DNA from: Pavona decussata
Taxonomy: Eukaryota
NCBI GenBank assembly: GCA_977016875.1
Contig: CDRNST010000037.1
Location: forward strand, 806,001-870,000
DNA length: 64,000 nt
Direction of reading: 5' to 3'
The notes beneath the pieces are model-generated. The model saw only the letters and a list, made by a program, of their open reading frames with translations, was not told the origin of the DNA and ran no database searches. Positions within the stretch are counted from its first letter, which is position 1. Each line of letters starts with the position of its first letter. This document shows positions 25,706 through 38,728 of the stretch, one piece after another. The translations under genes were made by a program, and so were the position numbers.

Positions 25706-26208
25706 AAGTCCAATAAGAGGTGTAGGCTACATTTAGTGAACTTCAATAGCGAAATCTGTAGAAGGACTTTTCTGAGAGCTGAGGGAGGGGAACAGTGGAT
25801 TAGGATTAGGGTTAGGGTGTCCTTTTCAAACACCGGTAGTAAGGTCTTCACCGTGGGTCGTATAATTAACAACAGTAGTGAGTGCACTTATTTATCCGGA
25901 CACAATAAAATCTTCCCAAGGAGATTTGTTATGAAGTAATGGTACATGTATTTGAATTTTATGATAAATTTTTTATTACTAATAATTACCGACTAAATTT
26001 AAAATATATGGTGGCAAACGTTTTGTTTTTGACGCAATTTTAACAGGAAATATGAATGTAAAGAAAAGTGTCTGATCAGTCATTAATTACAGGTCTGATA
26101 CGGTTTGAAACTTAGTACATAAACTAAATAATGCCATCTCCAATTGGCATATATCTTGAAATGGCTAAATTGAGTTGCATGATTTCTTATTTCTTCTGAT
26201 TGAAAGAA

Positions 26209-26320
26209 AGGTATGACTTAGGTTTGGACACAGAAGCTTGTGAACAGACATTTGCCTGGTTGACAAAGTATGGCAGGATCACTAGGCACATGAACCATAA
26301 GATCGCTTCCTGATCTATAT
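26209..26320 (+). pseudogene. Remnant of KDZ-type transposase C-terminal catalytic motif
   Basis: Translates RYDLGLDTEACEQTFAWLTKYGRITRHMN, then after a frameshift DRFLIYI; resembles the (N/D)TExCEQxFxWL...HM motif of KDZ transposases. Confidence 0.6.
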
Positions 26321-26868
26321 TAAAATCGCATATTGATTCAACATGCTTAGGATTATCACCCTGGTTCCTTAGTAGAAATTTAGTGTTTAGCACTTTTCTT
26401 TAAATCTTTTTTGCTAAAATTGTGAAAATAATTTGCTAGCAAGATTGATCCTGGACATAAGTGCAATGAACTGCAAAAAAGCAATGTTTCCTAGAGGAAT
26501 TGAGGGCCACATAAAAAGCAACTGGCAAATCTAAGTCAAGACAACTCAAAGTGGCCTCAAAAGCATTAAATATATGTGTCAGTTATACCCCAAGCCGTTC
26601 AAATCAGTTTCTCTGGTAAGAAGTGGATAGTGTAGCTCCTTGGAAATGATTCCCTAATTGTTGTTTGGAGTACCCTGTTGTCTTGAAATGAAATTAACAA
26701 TAAAAGTTACAATATATTGTCAGTAGTATTCATATACTAGCTACTTTAATTGAATTTCTGAATCCAAGCAACAGTTTTTTTGTAAAACCATCTTAGTTTG
26801 TGATTTTTATATACTCAGGGTATTTACATCTTGTCCATTTGGAAATACAGTGAGTGTGAACCTTAAAA

Positions 26869-29800
26869 ATGCCAAGATTTCCTGCATGTCTTGCTGTGAT
26901 TTGCCTACTTGTATTGCAAACTGGAACCACCACATCTTCAGTGTTTCACCAAGACACTGTTTTGCCTTCAAGTCCAAAGGATCCTTATTATAGGGGTAAG
27001 TATGAATGTTTTAATATTATTCTTCATTGAAGGTTAGAGCAGTTTTCAATTGACTGTCATGAAACCATATCCTTAGTAATTACTGTGGCCAATCAAAGCA
27101 AACATTATTAAACAACACAGAATTCAAAGCAAATACAGTACCGCCTGAATCCATATGTACATCAGCCGCGGGTTTCACGAGGTGGACGCAAGGGCAGTGC
27201 ACGCGTTTTGCCCTTGCGTCCACCTCGAGAGGAACAAACGAAGCATGAGACGAAACCGAGGCGAAACCTAGGGAATCACGTGTTCTTCAATGGCCGCGTC
27301 TTCGTGCTCTTAATTGCCTTTGTTTGCTCTCTGTTTGTGTTTCATTGTTAGTTATCAGGTCGCATTTACCCAAGAGATTTTCACGGAAACCACTGCCACC
27401 TCTCGCGATCTCATCGATGCATCGCTCATGGCACTCGAGATCAAAGCGTATTCAATACGAAGGACTTTGAAGTTAAAATTCGACTTTTTCACGTATAACT
27501 TATTATTTATCCCTCAGTAAATCTGCTATCAAAGTATCCGTGCAGAACTCGAAATTTTTGAAACAAATTGATCGAAAATGGCGAATGAAGCGTTGTCACT
27601 GTTGTCATGCTTCGATTAATTTCGTTCGCAATTTGCATGCGTAATGTTTTTGTTTGTTTTCCACAAATAATTTTCTTCTTTTGCATAACGAATGAAACTT
27701 TTTTTTGTTTGCCGAGCGTCAAATAGCGTTTGTGCAGTATTCTAGCGTAATAATTTCCTTTATCGTCAGTAAAACTACAAACGAACAGCTGTGACGGCAC
27801 GGCCTGCCGCAATTGAAAAGGTTCAATGCGAATAATGATTTGCATATTTTCGATTTTCATGTGTCAGAATTTCCGAGTAAAAACGTCTGTTTCTTCATAC
27901 TAGAAAAGTACACAGAGAAATATTTTTTTCGGCCGCTTAGATAAGTAAATTCACAAAAGCATGGATTAGAAGCAAATTACAACATTGCTTGCACCGCACC
28001 GTGAAAAAGCCGACAAGATGACGCTTACTTTTCGAAACTGACATAAAGCGCATCGCATTAACGTAAATAATAAACCATTGATAATTTTCTTTTGAAAGAG
28101 AGGAAGGACATTTCTTTATCTAAAGGTAATGAATTCCTTTAAATTTTGATTTAACTTGAAACATTTCGAGAAGAACTTGAGGAAGCAGAAGGGTGCGATT
28201 ATGGTTAAATTGGAGAATAGCAAAAAATGAGTTTTGAGATACGATTCTTCCGATTCTCCGATTTTCCTACTTGACATGATTCTCCGATTATTCCGATTCT
28301 TCCGATTATACGATTCTTCCCGAAACAAGCGCACTATACATGAATATATCTCGTTCTTAAGGCAAAATCGTAGAGTCGGAAGAATCGTAGAATCGGACAA
28401 TCATTTCTAAAGTCTCTTAAGGTAAAAGCGTAGAATCGGAAGAATCGTAGAATCGGATAATCATTTCTAAAGTGTCTTATTGTAAAATCGTAGAATCGGA
28501 TAATGATTTCTAAAGTCTCTTAAGCTAAAATCGTAGAATCGGAAGAATCAGAGACTTCAATCGTAAAATAGGTAAAAACCTTAGTGGTAAATCGTAGAAT
28601 AGTATGCGTAAATCGGACAAACTATTCTCCGATTTAGCCATATTAAATCGCACTGCTCTCGACTGTCACCATTGAATCATATTACAGGTTACGCATGTCG
28701 CGCAAGTCCTGTAACATTCACCGGAGGAAAGCAAATGGCGCACTCGATCTGTTTCCTGGATCTGTTTACGGAAATCCGCTTGAATTTTAATAAACGGCTA
28801 GAGAAAATGCATGGACGGCTTGTGTATGTTGAATTACGCGATGGTGAAAATCCATGCACCTAAAGCAGTCCAAGATTTATAGTCTCCTACGCGACGATTC
28901 CAAAGACCGGCTGCATTTCAAGGCGGCGTTTCATGTTTCATGCGGTTTACTTGAGAAAAAAATCTATTCAACGGAAAACAATAAACTCACAATAGGCTAT
29001 AAGATGCTATTGTGTTTGGGCCTCGTCCTTTTGACCGCGGGAAATATTCAACCTAGGTTTCGTCTCGTGAACCGCGCGGTTTTGTCTCATGAACCGCACG
29101 GTTTCATCTTGTGAACCGCGCCGGTCTTCACGCGTTCTGTCCTTGCGGTTCACGCGTGCCAATGTGCATATGGATTCAGGCAGTAATGTACATGTATACA
29201 GTCCCTAGCGTGGTTTTGCCTTCACTTCCCACATGGTTAACAGTGGTACGAGTCTTGTCAACCAACCAAAGAATGTAGTAAAGCAAAAAGAAAAAACCAA
29301 CTTGTAGGGCATTACTTTGAACAGTCAACTGAAAGCTGCTTTATTTTTAATAAGTGAGAAAACCTTACATGTTATATGTATATGTTATTTAGAACAAAAA
29401 CTAGAACCTTGTCATAGATTAAGCATTTTATGTGTGATTGGTACAATGAATGGGTGTCTGTTCTATCTATTCACTCCCCACTGATTTCTCAGTTCTCAAC
29501 AATAATTTAATTGTTGAGAACTAAATGAATTATTAATTTACTGTAAACCTCTACTTAAGGCAGTGTTGATCAAAGATAAGAGTTAATTTTTGATTCCTAT
29601 ATGCTTCAGGGCAAAAATCACTTATTTTGTCAACTTGTTTCAAATATTAATGATATAATAGTAAAGTTATAGACAAAGTTATTAAAATTTGTTTCATGGT
29701 CTCAAACTAAATATTAAATTCTACATGTACTTGGCTTTCATCACAAGTCTTTTTTGAACTTTTACTTACAGTAACTTGCTGTTAGTAAAATTACCGGTAA

Positions 29801-32800
29801 TTTAAAATGTGCCACTTAGAACTTCATAGTCTTTCAAGGCAGAAGAATTAGTTGCTCTTCCTTTAGAGTGTTTTCACATGACGTCAGAACGGCCATGTTG
29901 GTGTCGCAAAACAAAGAAATGGTTGCCATGCTGGTGTCCCAAACTAAACCTCTGGGCGAATAGAACTGTATTTTTATGCAAATACTTTCTTTTGTTTCAG
30001 TAAACCAATATGGCCAGTAGTCACATAAATGAAAACGCGCTATAGAACAATTTCATACCCAGAGTTGTCAGACTCTTTGGCCAGCAGTTGGTTGCCAGGA
30101 GAGACCCTGGGGAATTCATGTGCCATTATTTTGTGTAATTTAAAACAGTTTACTTACATGTACATAACATTAACAGCCATGCCATTAATTTTGCTTATTT
30201 CATTTGTAGCATTCCAAGCTGTGCCATCTTTCCAGGTTACTGCAAAGAAGCTCATGCATAACTTTCTGCACATTCATCCTGGTGACTTGTTGCGCCATAA
30301 AAGAGCAACCATCTTCGAAGATGTGGTAATACTTATGGATGGCTCGGAATCAATTCCTATTTGCAAGTTCAACAATGTGAAGGAAGCACTAAGACACATC
30401 ATGGTTTTAGCAAAATACAATCCCTCATATGACACAAAATATGCTGCAGTTTCCTTTGGCAGCTCAGCCACTGTCAACTTCAAGTTCTTGCCATACCCTG
30501 TAGCAACAAGGATGATAATGAGAATTCCTTATCCAAATGGTGCAACTAACACTCAGGCTGGACTGGAAGAAGCAAGGAAGCTGTTTGCTGACCCCTCATC
30601 AGGTAAAGTTTTATGCATACAGTGTATTAAAGTCAATCCATATCATGCCTGACCAGTGTTTTTGAAATTTGAACGGAGTTTTGAAATTTACATGTCAGTT
30701 TGGAACATCGTCAACAAGATTTCAGAGTTCCCATAGAAATTTCCCTTAGTTTATTGACGGTATAAAGCTATGACTTTTTCTTTACATTTACAGCATTAAG
30801 TATTTCAAGAGTAACAATTGTTTCCCTTGAGTATTTTGAATATTTTTTTCCCGTTAGTGGGTCTTTTTTCAGAAAGATTTCCAGAGAAATGTTCAACATT
30901 CCATTCAAATGCCGAACATTACAAATTAAGGTGATTTCGAATGTTCATTTCATTCTTGGGAATACTGGTCACTCGTAATATGGATTGACTGCAAGCAATA
31001 TGAACAGGATGGAAGATGGATGACTGTGACCAGTCTTAGTAGTAACTATAAAATTATCGTAATTTGACCAACTCCCCAAGTGTTAATCAAAGTATTACAG
31101 ATGATGGAGGCTACTGAAAAAGACCATCAAAATAATTATGTAGACTTAAGCTGACACCACAAAAGAGAGGCACTTAAAGCCAACTTCTTTAAGTTAGATC
31201 CATAATAATTTGCCTGTAGAGCTTGAAGTAATTACTGTATTAAAAATAAAAAAAAGTAGTTGCAGGGGCTCTGACATTGAAATTTAAAAACAAATGAACA
31301 TATATGTTGCTTACAGTGGAAGTGCACTGAGCTATACCAAGCTAGTTTAATTAAGGTATTCCTGGAGGCTAATTTGCTCAATTTTAGACACTAATTAAAA
31401 GCATTGTTTCTAAGCCAATATTTAAGATACAGACGTCATTTTAATACCACTAATTCATCAATTCATATAGATTCCAAAAAAATTAGTTTTTACAAAAAAT
31501 ATTTAATGGTATGTGTGGAATTTTAAGAATTTAAGGGTGCTGTCATTCATAAGATTAATTTTCTGAAATCAATCAAATGCAAACAGGAATTTATTATTTT
31601 CATTTAAAATTTGGGACACGGTTAAAATACACAAAAACACATCTTTTCACTGCAGTGCGCATTGTGGTTTTGTTTTGAACTGTTTTAAGAGCGAAATTTC
31701 ACAAAGCTTACCTTCATGGAAAGTAAGGTCCACTCACTCGCGGTCTAATGCACTCTCTGTTGCGCACCGCGGTGTAAAGTTTCCTTTTCTCATGCAGTTT
31801 AAAACTGCCAAGTTTCAAACATCTACGCCATATCGTCTTGAAGAGAACATAATGAATATTCCCTAATCTCACACATCATAAGCCTTTTCTGTGCGTAAAT
31901 CGGCCATAAATTGCCCAAAATTGCTCATGTTCGATGGATTTCTGTTTATTTCAATGGCTGCTATGATTTCGGTATCCACAATTATTATTTCTAGCGGTAA
32001 AACGCAAAATAAGGCCCCCAAATATGGCTGAAAGGCCCATACATAGCGTCCATTTTTCCCACAAAACCAATCAGCATTCAGCTTATCACCTTCACCTAGC
32101 AACGACACCTCAATCGTCTCCTCTCTCGTTCTCTCCTGGCTTCAAGATTCAAGAGACTGTCTTCTCGTAATGTTTGTAGGACGCATCTAGCGCACGATAG
32201 ATCTAGATCTCCGCATAATTTTACCGTCGCTTTTCGTGCGTGACATGAGGGGAAGAAGAGGATTTTGCGCGACCCTTATCTGTTCGGGGCTCCAGCAAAT
32301 CTGAAAGGAAAATATTGGAATAGCGTGTGCTGTTAGGTAGTTGACTGTAAGAGGTGAAAAGAAGAAATAGCGTTTATTCCTAAAATAATCGCGCTAATAA
32401 GGGAATTGCGGTATTACTTCAAACAATATTAATAACGCAATAAATCAAAAGAAGTAATGCTGAGAAGTTCAAATTACCGGTTTGGAGGAAATTCCGCGTC
32501 AAGGGCATCCATGCGTTCATTTCCTATATTGCTCACCAGTGAGTTAATCGCGAAAGATAATGTCTTTAGTGAAGACAATAACTTTATTTCATCCATATAG
32601 AACTCACAGAACTCCAGAACAGTCTCATCTTTCACGTAAAAGAGAGCACTATTGACAGATCTGTCAACATCATACTCTTTGGGGAATTGTACATGAAGAA
32701 GACATAAGGATTTTCGCAGTAGGCAGTCCGTGTTTTCCCCGCAAAAGACCCCGTAGAAACCAAACTTATCTCGCTTATTACTCGCGAACGCTTCAGTCCT

Positions 32801-34347
32801 GATCTCTGAAATTTGGTGTACAGGTCCCATTTTAAGTAATCTCGCATATGTTAAAAAAAAAGGTCATGATCCGAAAGATTTGATTTAGCCTCCAGGAATA
32901 CCTTAAAGGCATTCCACTCAAAACATGTAATTACAGTGGCAGAAACAAATAATGAGAAGTGAACATAACAGGTTAAAAATCTGAACTGGGAGTAGATGTT
33001 ATTTTACCAGTGAACTCGGAGCTACCAAGAAACAACTCTAGCTTTTAGCTAGAGTGGTACTTGAGCCTGGAACTGTAGATTTGCAGTCTGCAGTCAGATT
33101 TGAGACACCAAATAATGTTTTCTTCAAAATATCTCAACAGATTGCCTATGGAAATGATGATTTGTAGGTCAAAAGCCCTCAAATTGACCAAACATTTTCC
33201 CCTGTTCCACTCAGTTACCGCCGGTTTGAAGTGCGATTCTCGAGTATACTGATTATAATTTCAGTGGTAACCATGGAGTCTTTGTTAATTTCGTTTCCCA
33301 GAACTGTTTTCTTTACCACACTGAATCACTAAAAGCTGGACAGGGAAGAATATTGTAAAGAGGACAAATGAAGAGAGAAGCCTTAGTTATCACATATACG
33401 CAGTGTACACATTCTCACAAACTGCGCATTAGCAACGTCGATCATCAGCCACAAATTCCTGCACATCAGTGTCTTGTGAGAAGTGTTATATCTCAAAGCA
33501 CGACTGAATATACTTTCATTCCAAAGCATTCTCTTATGACATCTTCTTCAGCCTTGTCCTAGCTTGATCTATTCTCTAAACCACCTTTTTCTTGCCGAGT
33601 TTCTCTGTTTTTCATCATGACCGCTGCCACTAGTCGATGCCATTAAATATTTTTGAAATTGGCACTTCAGACTTGAAAATTCAGCCTGAACTTTTCAAGT
33701 TTGGACTTGAGAAGTTGGTGCATGTACTAAGGTTACAGTCTTCCTTTTAATGGTATGAAAAATGTGGTGTCAAAATGTTCCTTTTTTGTATAGTTGCATT
33801 CCATTACAATAAGTAGGATCTTGTATGCCCCCCCCCCCCTCCCCATCCCTTTCTTTAGCACATAAAGTCTGCAAGAACTGGGCAATTTTGGAACATTTCT
33901 TGCCAAAGAACTGAATGATAAAAACATGCAGATCATAAAATTATGTCGTTCTGGCAGACAGTTAAGGCCTACAGACGCAATTTTAATAAATACACTCAAA
34001 TTATAATATTCAAGGCTGTTTTTCTTTTTTTCTAAGGTCACCGTTTTTTTGCAAGGAAGATTCTTTTCCTTGTCACTGATGGGCAGTCAAATGTGCAAAG
34101 ACACCTGACCATCCCGAAAGCAAATGCACTGAAAAACGTTGGGGTGAAGATTTTCGTGGTAGCCATTGGACCTTTTGTCAATGGCATGGATGAGATGGTG
34201 AAGCTGGCCTCCTATCCACCAAAGGATTACCTGTTCAGAGTAAAGAATCTTAACAGATTCTGGAATATTATTAAATTGATCATAAAGCAAGTTGCCCCAG
34301 GGAAATACAAAACCATTAACGGCCAGTATGACCCAACTTGCAATTAA
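26869..34347 (+). CDS. Secreted single von Willebrand factor A domain protein, 276 aa; exons 26869-26995, 30210-30602, 34037-34347
   Basis: Signal-peptide-like MPRFPACLAVICLLVLQTG; two phase-1 GT-AG introns; VWA with DVVILMDGSES (MIDAS DxSxS), GATNT, LVTDGQSN, IFVVAIG; RHKR just before the domain. Confidence 0.88.
27141..29183. mobile_element. Non-autonomous TIR element with TA TSD in VWA intron 1, inserted into an older short repeat (~27034-29343)
   Basis: TA|ccgcctgaatccatatgtacat ... atgtgcatatggattcaggcag|TA; subterminal 19-bp-stem hairpin at ~27178-27227. Confidence 0.75.
28240..28635. repeat. Short-unit repeat cluster (aatcgtagaatcgga) in inverted blocks
   Basis: gattcttccgattctccgatt block (28243-28322) faces repeated aatcgtagaatcggaagaatcgtagaatcgga units (28366-28620). 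Confidence 0.75.
29864..30043. mobile_element. MITE-like interspersed repeat
   Basis: Imperfect TIRs tagagtgttttca / tgaaaacgcgcta; duplicated gccatg.tggtgtc.caaa motif. Confidence 0.55.
31355..32902. mobile_element. Non-autonomous Kolobok element (1548 bp) in VWA intron 2, same TIR as 14011-22304
   Basis: TTAA at 31351-31354 and 32903-32906; perfect 18-bp TIR GGTATTCCTGGAGGCTAA; no transposase. Confidence 0.9.
32960..33095 (-). mobile_element. Decayed tRNA-derived SINE fragment
   Basis: aacataacaggttaaaaatc...gaactcggagctacc.agaaacaactc.agct...gtacttgagcctggaac..agatttgcagtc, reading as the reverse of a degenerate B-box/anticodon arm. Confidence 0.4.
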
Positions 34348-35485
34348 TATTACTACGTGAATCAATGGGGACAATTTGCACACTAGTTTCTGGGACTGGA
34401 GGCAGGGTGGGGAGAGGGGTTCAGAAAGTGCCAGTGCTGAGTCAAAGTGTTAATTAAATGTAACAAAGCATATAATTTATAAATAATTACATATCTATCT
34501 TGGGTTGAAAGTCATTGTTAGTCAACGATACAGCAAAATTTTCTTACTGCGTTAGACTTTGATTCAAAACTAATAATTATTATTGTACATGTAAGTGAGA
34601 CAAAAAAGCTATACCTGCATGAGTGCTTATTCTTGAATGCCCAAGTTAATTAAATGCCAGTTTTTTTTTTTCATTGTTTTTGTGCTTTTTTACGAGCTTG
34701 GTTCTTGACAATTAGTTGTATTTACTCCTTAAGATTAACAATCTACATTAAAGGTGGTGATATTAAAATATTTGCCATTCAAGTGCAGAATGAGCCTCAA
34801 GCTCCCATGCTGTGGTTTTTAGGGGAGTTATATAATTTACCCTACTAAAAATGACTATGTGAGAGGCTAAGCAGGGTGGCAAGTAGTCCGCTTTGCTATT
34901 GATCACAGTGACTAACTGACAGTAAAAGTGCAGTGTTACGAAAAGCTTTTTACTTATTATTATGTCACTTGAGCGATTGTATTAAATGTCACAAAAATGT
35001 TACCAGCAAAGTTATCTGACTGATAAATTAGAACACAAGTAAATGGCATTAATAAAACAGGGTAAATATTAATTATCATAAACTTCTGAAAGCCATAACT
35101 ATTAAATAAGTGAAGGGCTGAGAGCAGTTTAGCCGACCTAAATGGCTTTTCAGATCTCTTGTTGTTTTAGCTCAGATTTACTGGAGTTTTGGGGTGTGGC
35201 CTCGAATTCCGTCAGGAAACATTGCTCCAATGTTTTATCCACTTTTTTAGGCTTTGTTATGTGATAAAGATGGAAATCTTGCTCATAATCATAGCTTTTT
35301 ATAGGAAACAAAGCGCAAAGCAGTGGATTAAACATGGGAGTGTTTCCTGAAGGAATTCACCTTCAGGAAGGAACACCTGTGAAGGCTTGGAATAACATAA
35401 CTTGAGGATTTATTTAGAATTTCAAATATTGTTACTTTTGGAAGCTGCATGATTTACTTATTACTTTGCAAACTAAACGGTTAAA

Positions 35486-35634
35486 TGAAGGGGTGCCTGG
35501 AATGAGGTCCCAAGTGACTTTTGATGTAAGGTCAAATTCTCCTTTTGTTTAACAAGCAAATACAGGGAAATTTGGATGAAGAACCTAGCAATTTATCAGA
35601 AGTCAATAAGGGCGTTTTTCCAGGCACCCCTTCA
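35486..35634. mobile_element. MITE
   Basis: Perfect 17-bp TIR tgaaggggtgcctggaa / ttccaggcaccccttca. Confidence 0.7.
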
Positions 35635-36009
35635 AATGTCTTTGCTATGTGCACTTTCTGTCCCCTCTTTGTTTATGAATAAAAATAATGGGTTTAATTA
35701 AAAGTAAAACTTCCACCTGGAAAAGTGCCTCCAGTGATAACCAGAACACTGACTTTTTTTTTAAACTCTTAAGGGTGTTTAGCTTAGGATTATGGGAATA
35801 ACATAGTGAAGGGAAGAAATCAATGAACAAACTGTGAAACCTTTAGGGAAATGGAGAACTATGTTGTAAGGATATCATTGGAAAGGCTTTGCCTTTGTCA
35901 TGATTTAAATAAAGTGTGTTGGGTGTATTCAGTTGTTTCTCGATTTTTGTTTTCCTTTTGGTTAGTTATTCTTAAGTTTGCTTTATCTCCTTTTTCTGTG
36001 CTATGGATA

Positions 36010-36867
36010 TTTACACGGAATGCCCGCAGGGCATGACGTGTCTAGGTTTCGGTCGGGTATCTTTTTTTTCATCGGTGTCGCAAATGTGCACATTAATTTA
36101 TGCATTAAACTCTGTCCTCCCCTAGTAAGGATATTTTGTTCTGATTGTCTTCAACAGAAGCGGCCCAATCAAAATCTATTTTTCAGGCACATATAACGAG
36201 AGAGGGGACCCACTCATCACTTCTGTGTGACGTCAAATCATCATTTGATTTATTCATTAAAACTAGATTAAATTCTTCCCTCTCCCAGAAGGGATCTATT
36301 GTTTTGATTGTCTTGAACAAAAGCGGCCCAATCAAACTCCATTATCTGCGCGTATATCACGAGGGAGGGGACCCACTCATCTCTACTTGTGTGACGTCAA
36401 AGCAAATCATCATTTGGAAAAGATGTTTTCGTTCAATGGCGGCCACATGTCTGAATTTACGACTCCGGATCTGCCGTTTTCAGAGAGAAAACCAACCTTT
36501 TTCAAGCAGTAAATCGAAATAGTAACTTCTAGGTAGTACTCGACAGTTGAAACAGCGGAAATTGGGAGAGTTCACAGCAAAGAAAATCCGCTTAAAAAAA
36601 CAGATCGAATGATCAACGCGAAGAATTAGAGCTAGAGGAGGCCAGACCAGTTCAGCGGGGTCATGACGTTATTGCATAGTTATTTCTGGTATGATTCCTA
36701 GTAACACAACGATAAGTATCACGCAATATATCTGAATAAAACCATTCAGACAATTATTTCAATGGCCAAGGGAGGATATTTTTTAAATATCTGCGAAACA
36801 TACAATGGGGAATAATTGGGGCTACATTAAGCATTCCGTGTAATGCCATTAGAGGGGCATCTTGTTA
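36010..36867 (+). mobile_element. Helentron-associated (HINE/DINE-1-like) non-autonomous element
   Basis: Sub-terminal IR ttacacggaatgc / gcattccgtgtaa, followed by a small atgcc..ggcat hairpin and cttgtt end; inverted relatives at 39972-40628 and ~41350-41494. Confidence 0.6.
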
Positions 36868-38728
36868 CTTCTAAAGAGGGTGGTTTGTGATTCATGGGCC
36901 TGTTATACAGTCATGAATGGCCTTTAATTTGTCAGTTCATTGATGTTTCTCACAAATGTGAAATAAGATTTTCGCGCACTTGATCATCATGTGAGGCTAA
37001 GTCAAAGGCCATGGTCAGCCCAAGTTTAATTCATGATGAACCCCAACTCTACTGTCTTTTATTAGACTTCGCATTCTAAAATAAAACTATAAACAGAAAC
37101 ATGACAACGTAAACAGAAAATAAACAAGTATTGGGTTAAGGCAGAGTGACCACAACAGCTAGCGCCAATTACTGTGGGCCCAAGATTACCAAAAGCCCTG
37201 GAGCTTATGATCCTTTTGTCAACCTTAAGCTTTTTCCCAGCTTTAGATATTTCACCAAGGGGGCACCAGAGCAAGTTTCACCTGGTTACACATAGGCCAT
37301 GGAGAGTAATTTGGCCATAAAGTCAGAAAATGCAAACCAGTAGTACATGTTGCATCAAGAGATGCTCTCTTTTTCTTATGAACTTATGGAAATGTGAAAG
37401 AAACTTTTTGTGAATTATGACCATGAAGCATCTACATCTGTAAATGCTGTTCTCAATTCTGATTTGGTTGGCTAGTATTTCACAGGTGTAATATTATCAC
37501 TAAGATCACTCAGATTTGCTTCTTGTTTTTTGTGTGCCCTGCAATTTGTCCAAAAGCATTACTTCCTCTTTTCCTTGGTTTGGTCCTCATTTGGGAGAAT
37601 TTAAGTCCATAGAAAAACGTGCCTCCAGTGAGTGCTATGACCTTTTTTCCATCCAAAATGATGGCCTAAGAAGGAAAAAAAATGCTGTAATGTCTCTCTT
37701 TTTGATGGTAGGTCTTATTCAAAATGGCCTGTTCCAGGCTCTTGGTGTACTGCTGAAGATGTGAAGGTGCGGGTGAGAAGAACAAAAATGAGGACTCCTT
37801 TGCCTCTCCAGTGGTACACTGATAGCCTGGTACAGGCCAATGCAAAATAATGAGACAAACATGATCATGAGCAAAACCGAAACCCCCAAAAGACAACCCA
37901 GGTGGACCCACTGTGCAATCAGATCAGTTTGATGTTAAAAAAGCAAACACAGGAACAAACTGCTAGCTTCACTTGAGTCAGACACTACAAACAAGTCATC
38001 AAGACATGTCGAGGTTGAATCGGTTGTAGCAATATAAACAGAAAGTGCTGTTCAGTAGCTCAAATTTGAACAGTACAACACTTTACGGTTTTATCCACCT
38101 TTTCCAGTAGAGTGAACAGCACAGCAGGAAAGCATTGCTTAAAGGCCAATTTGATGATGATAAATGATGTTGAACTTTTCCAGTGTCTTGCCTACAGTTT
38201 TGTTAAAACATTAAGAAATGTTTGTTCTCTACATTCACCCAAAATTGGCATGCAATTGATGCACCTTTTGTCACACTAGACTACATTTTCTGACACAAGG
38301 CTGCACCTTCAAATCATGTAATAATATTATGTAAACCACCTGCGATTTCAGTGCACTTTCAAAATGATATGACCATGCATTCTTTGAGAAATTCTGCAAA
38401 TTTGCACCAAGTTTCAAACATGTTTGATAATTCTGCTGAAATCAACATTGATTTACACACACTATACAAAATTGCAACTCGAGTAACAAAAAAGTTGCAT
38501 TACAAAAAGTGCATTAAATTTTCTGTAAATAAGCCTTTTGAAGGGGTGGTTGTTTATTATTTATAGCTATTAAATGAATAATATTTTTAAAAATTTAGTA
38601 ATTATTTATTATGTTTGACATGGTCACTTGAGATGCAGACTGTAGTATTGCAATGTCTCACTTCCCGGTTTCTTCCAGAGGGTTTCGTAGCTTTTAAGAC
38701 TCATAACCAACTAACCACTTGCACCACT

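Larger units (their letters stand above)
24018..26463 (+). mobile_element. Non-autonomous KDZ/Zisupton-like DNA transposon carrying a minisatellite
   Basis: 8-bp direct repeat CAATGAAC (24010-24017, 26464-26471); subterminal IR tatgtccaggatcgatcttgttagcaaa / tttgctagcaagattgatcctggacata; transposase-like remnant at 26209-26320. Confidence 0.75.

Noticed and set aside
25797-25818. Telomere-like TTAGGG repeats
   Set aside because: Only two perfect units inside a transposon; not an interstitial telomere.
37300-37770. GPCR-like fragments (RRKKNAVMSLFLMVGL)
   Set aside because: Too short and interrupted; no DRY/NPxxY-type motifs seen.
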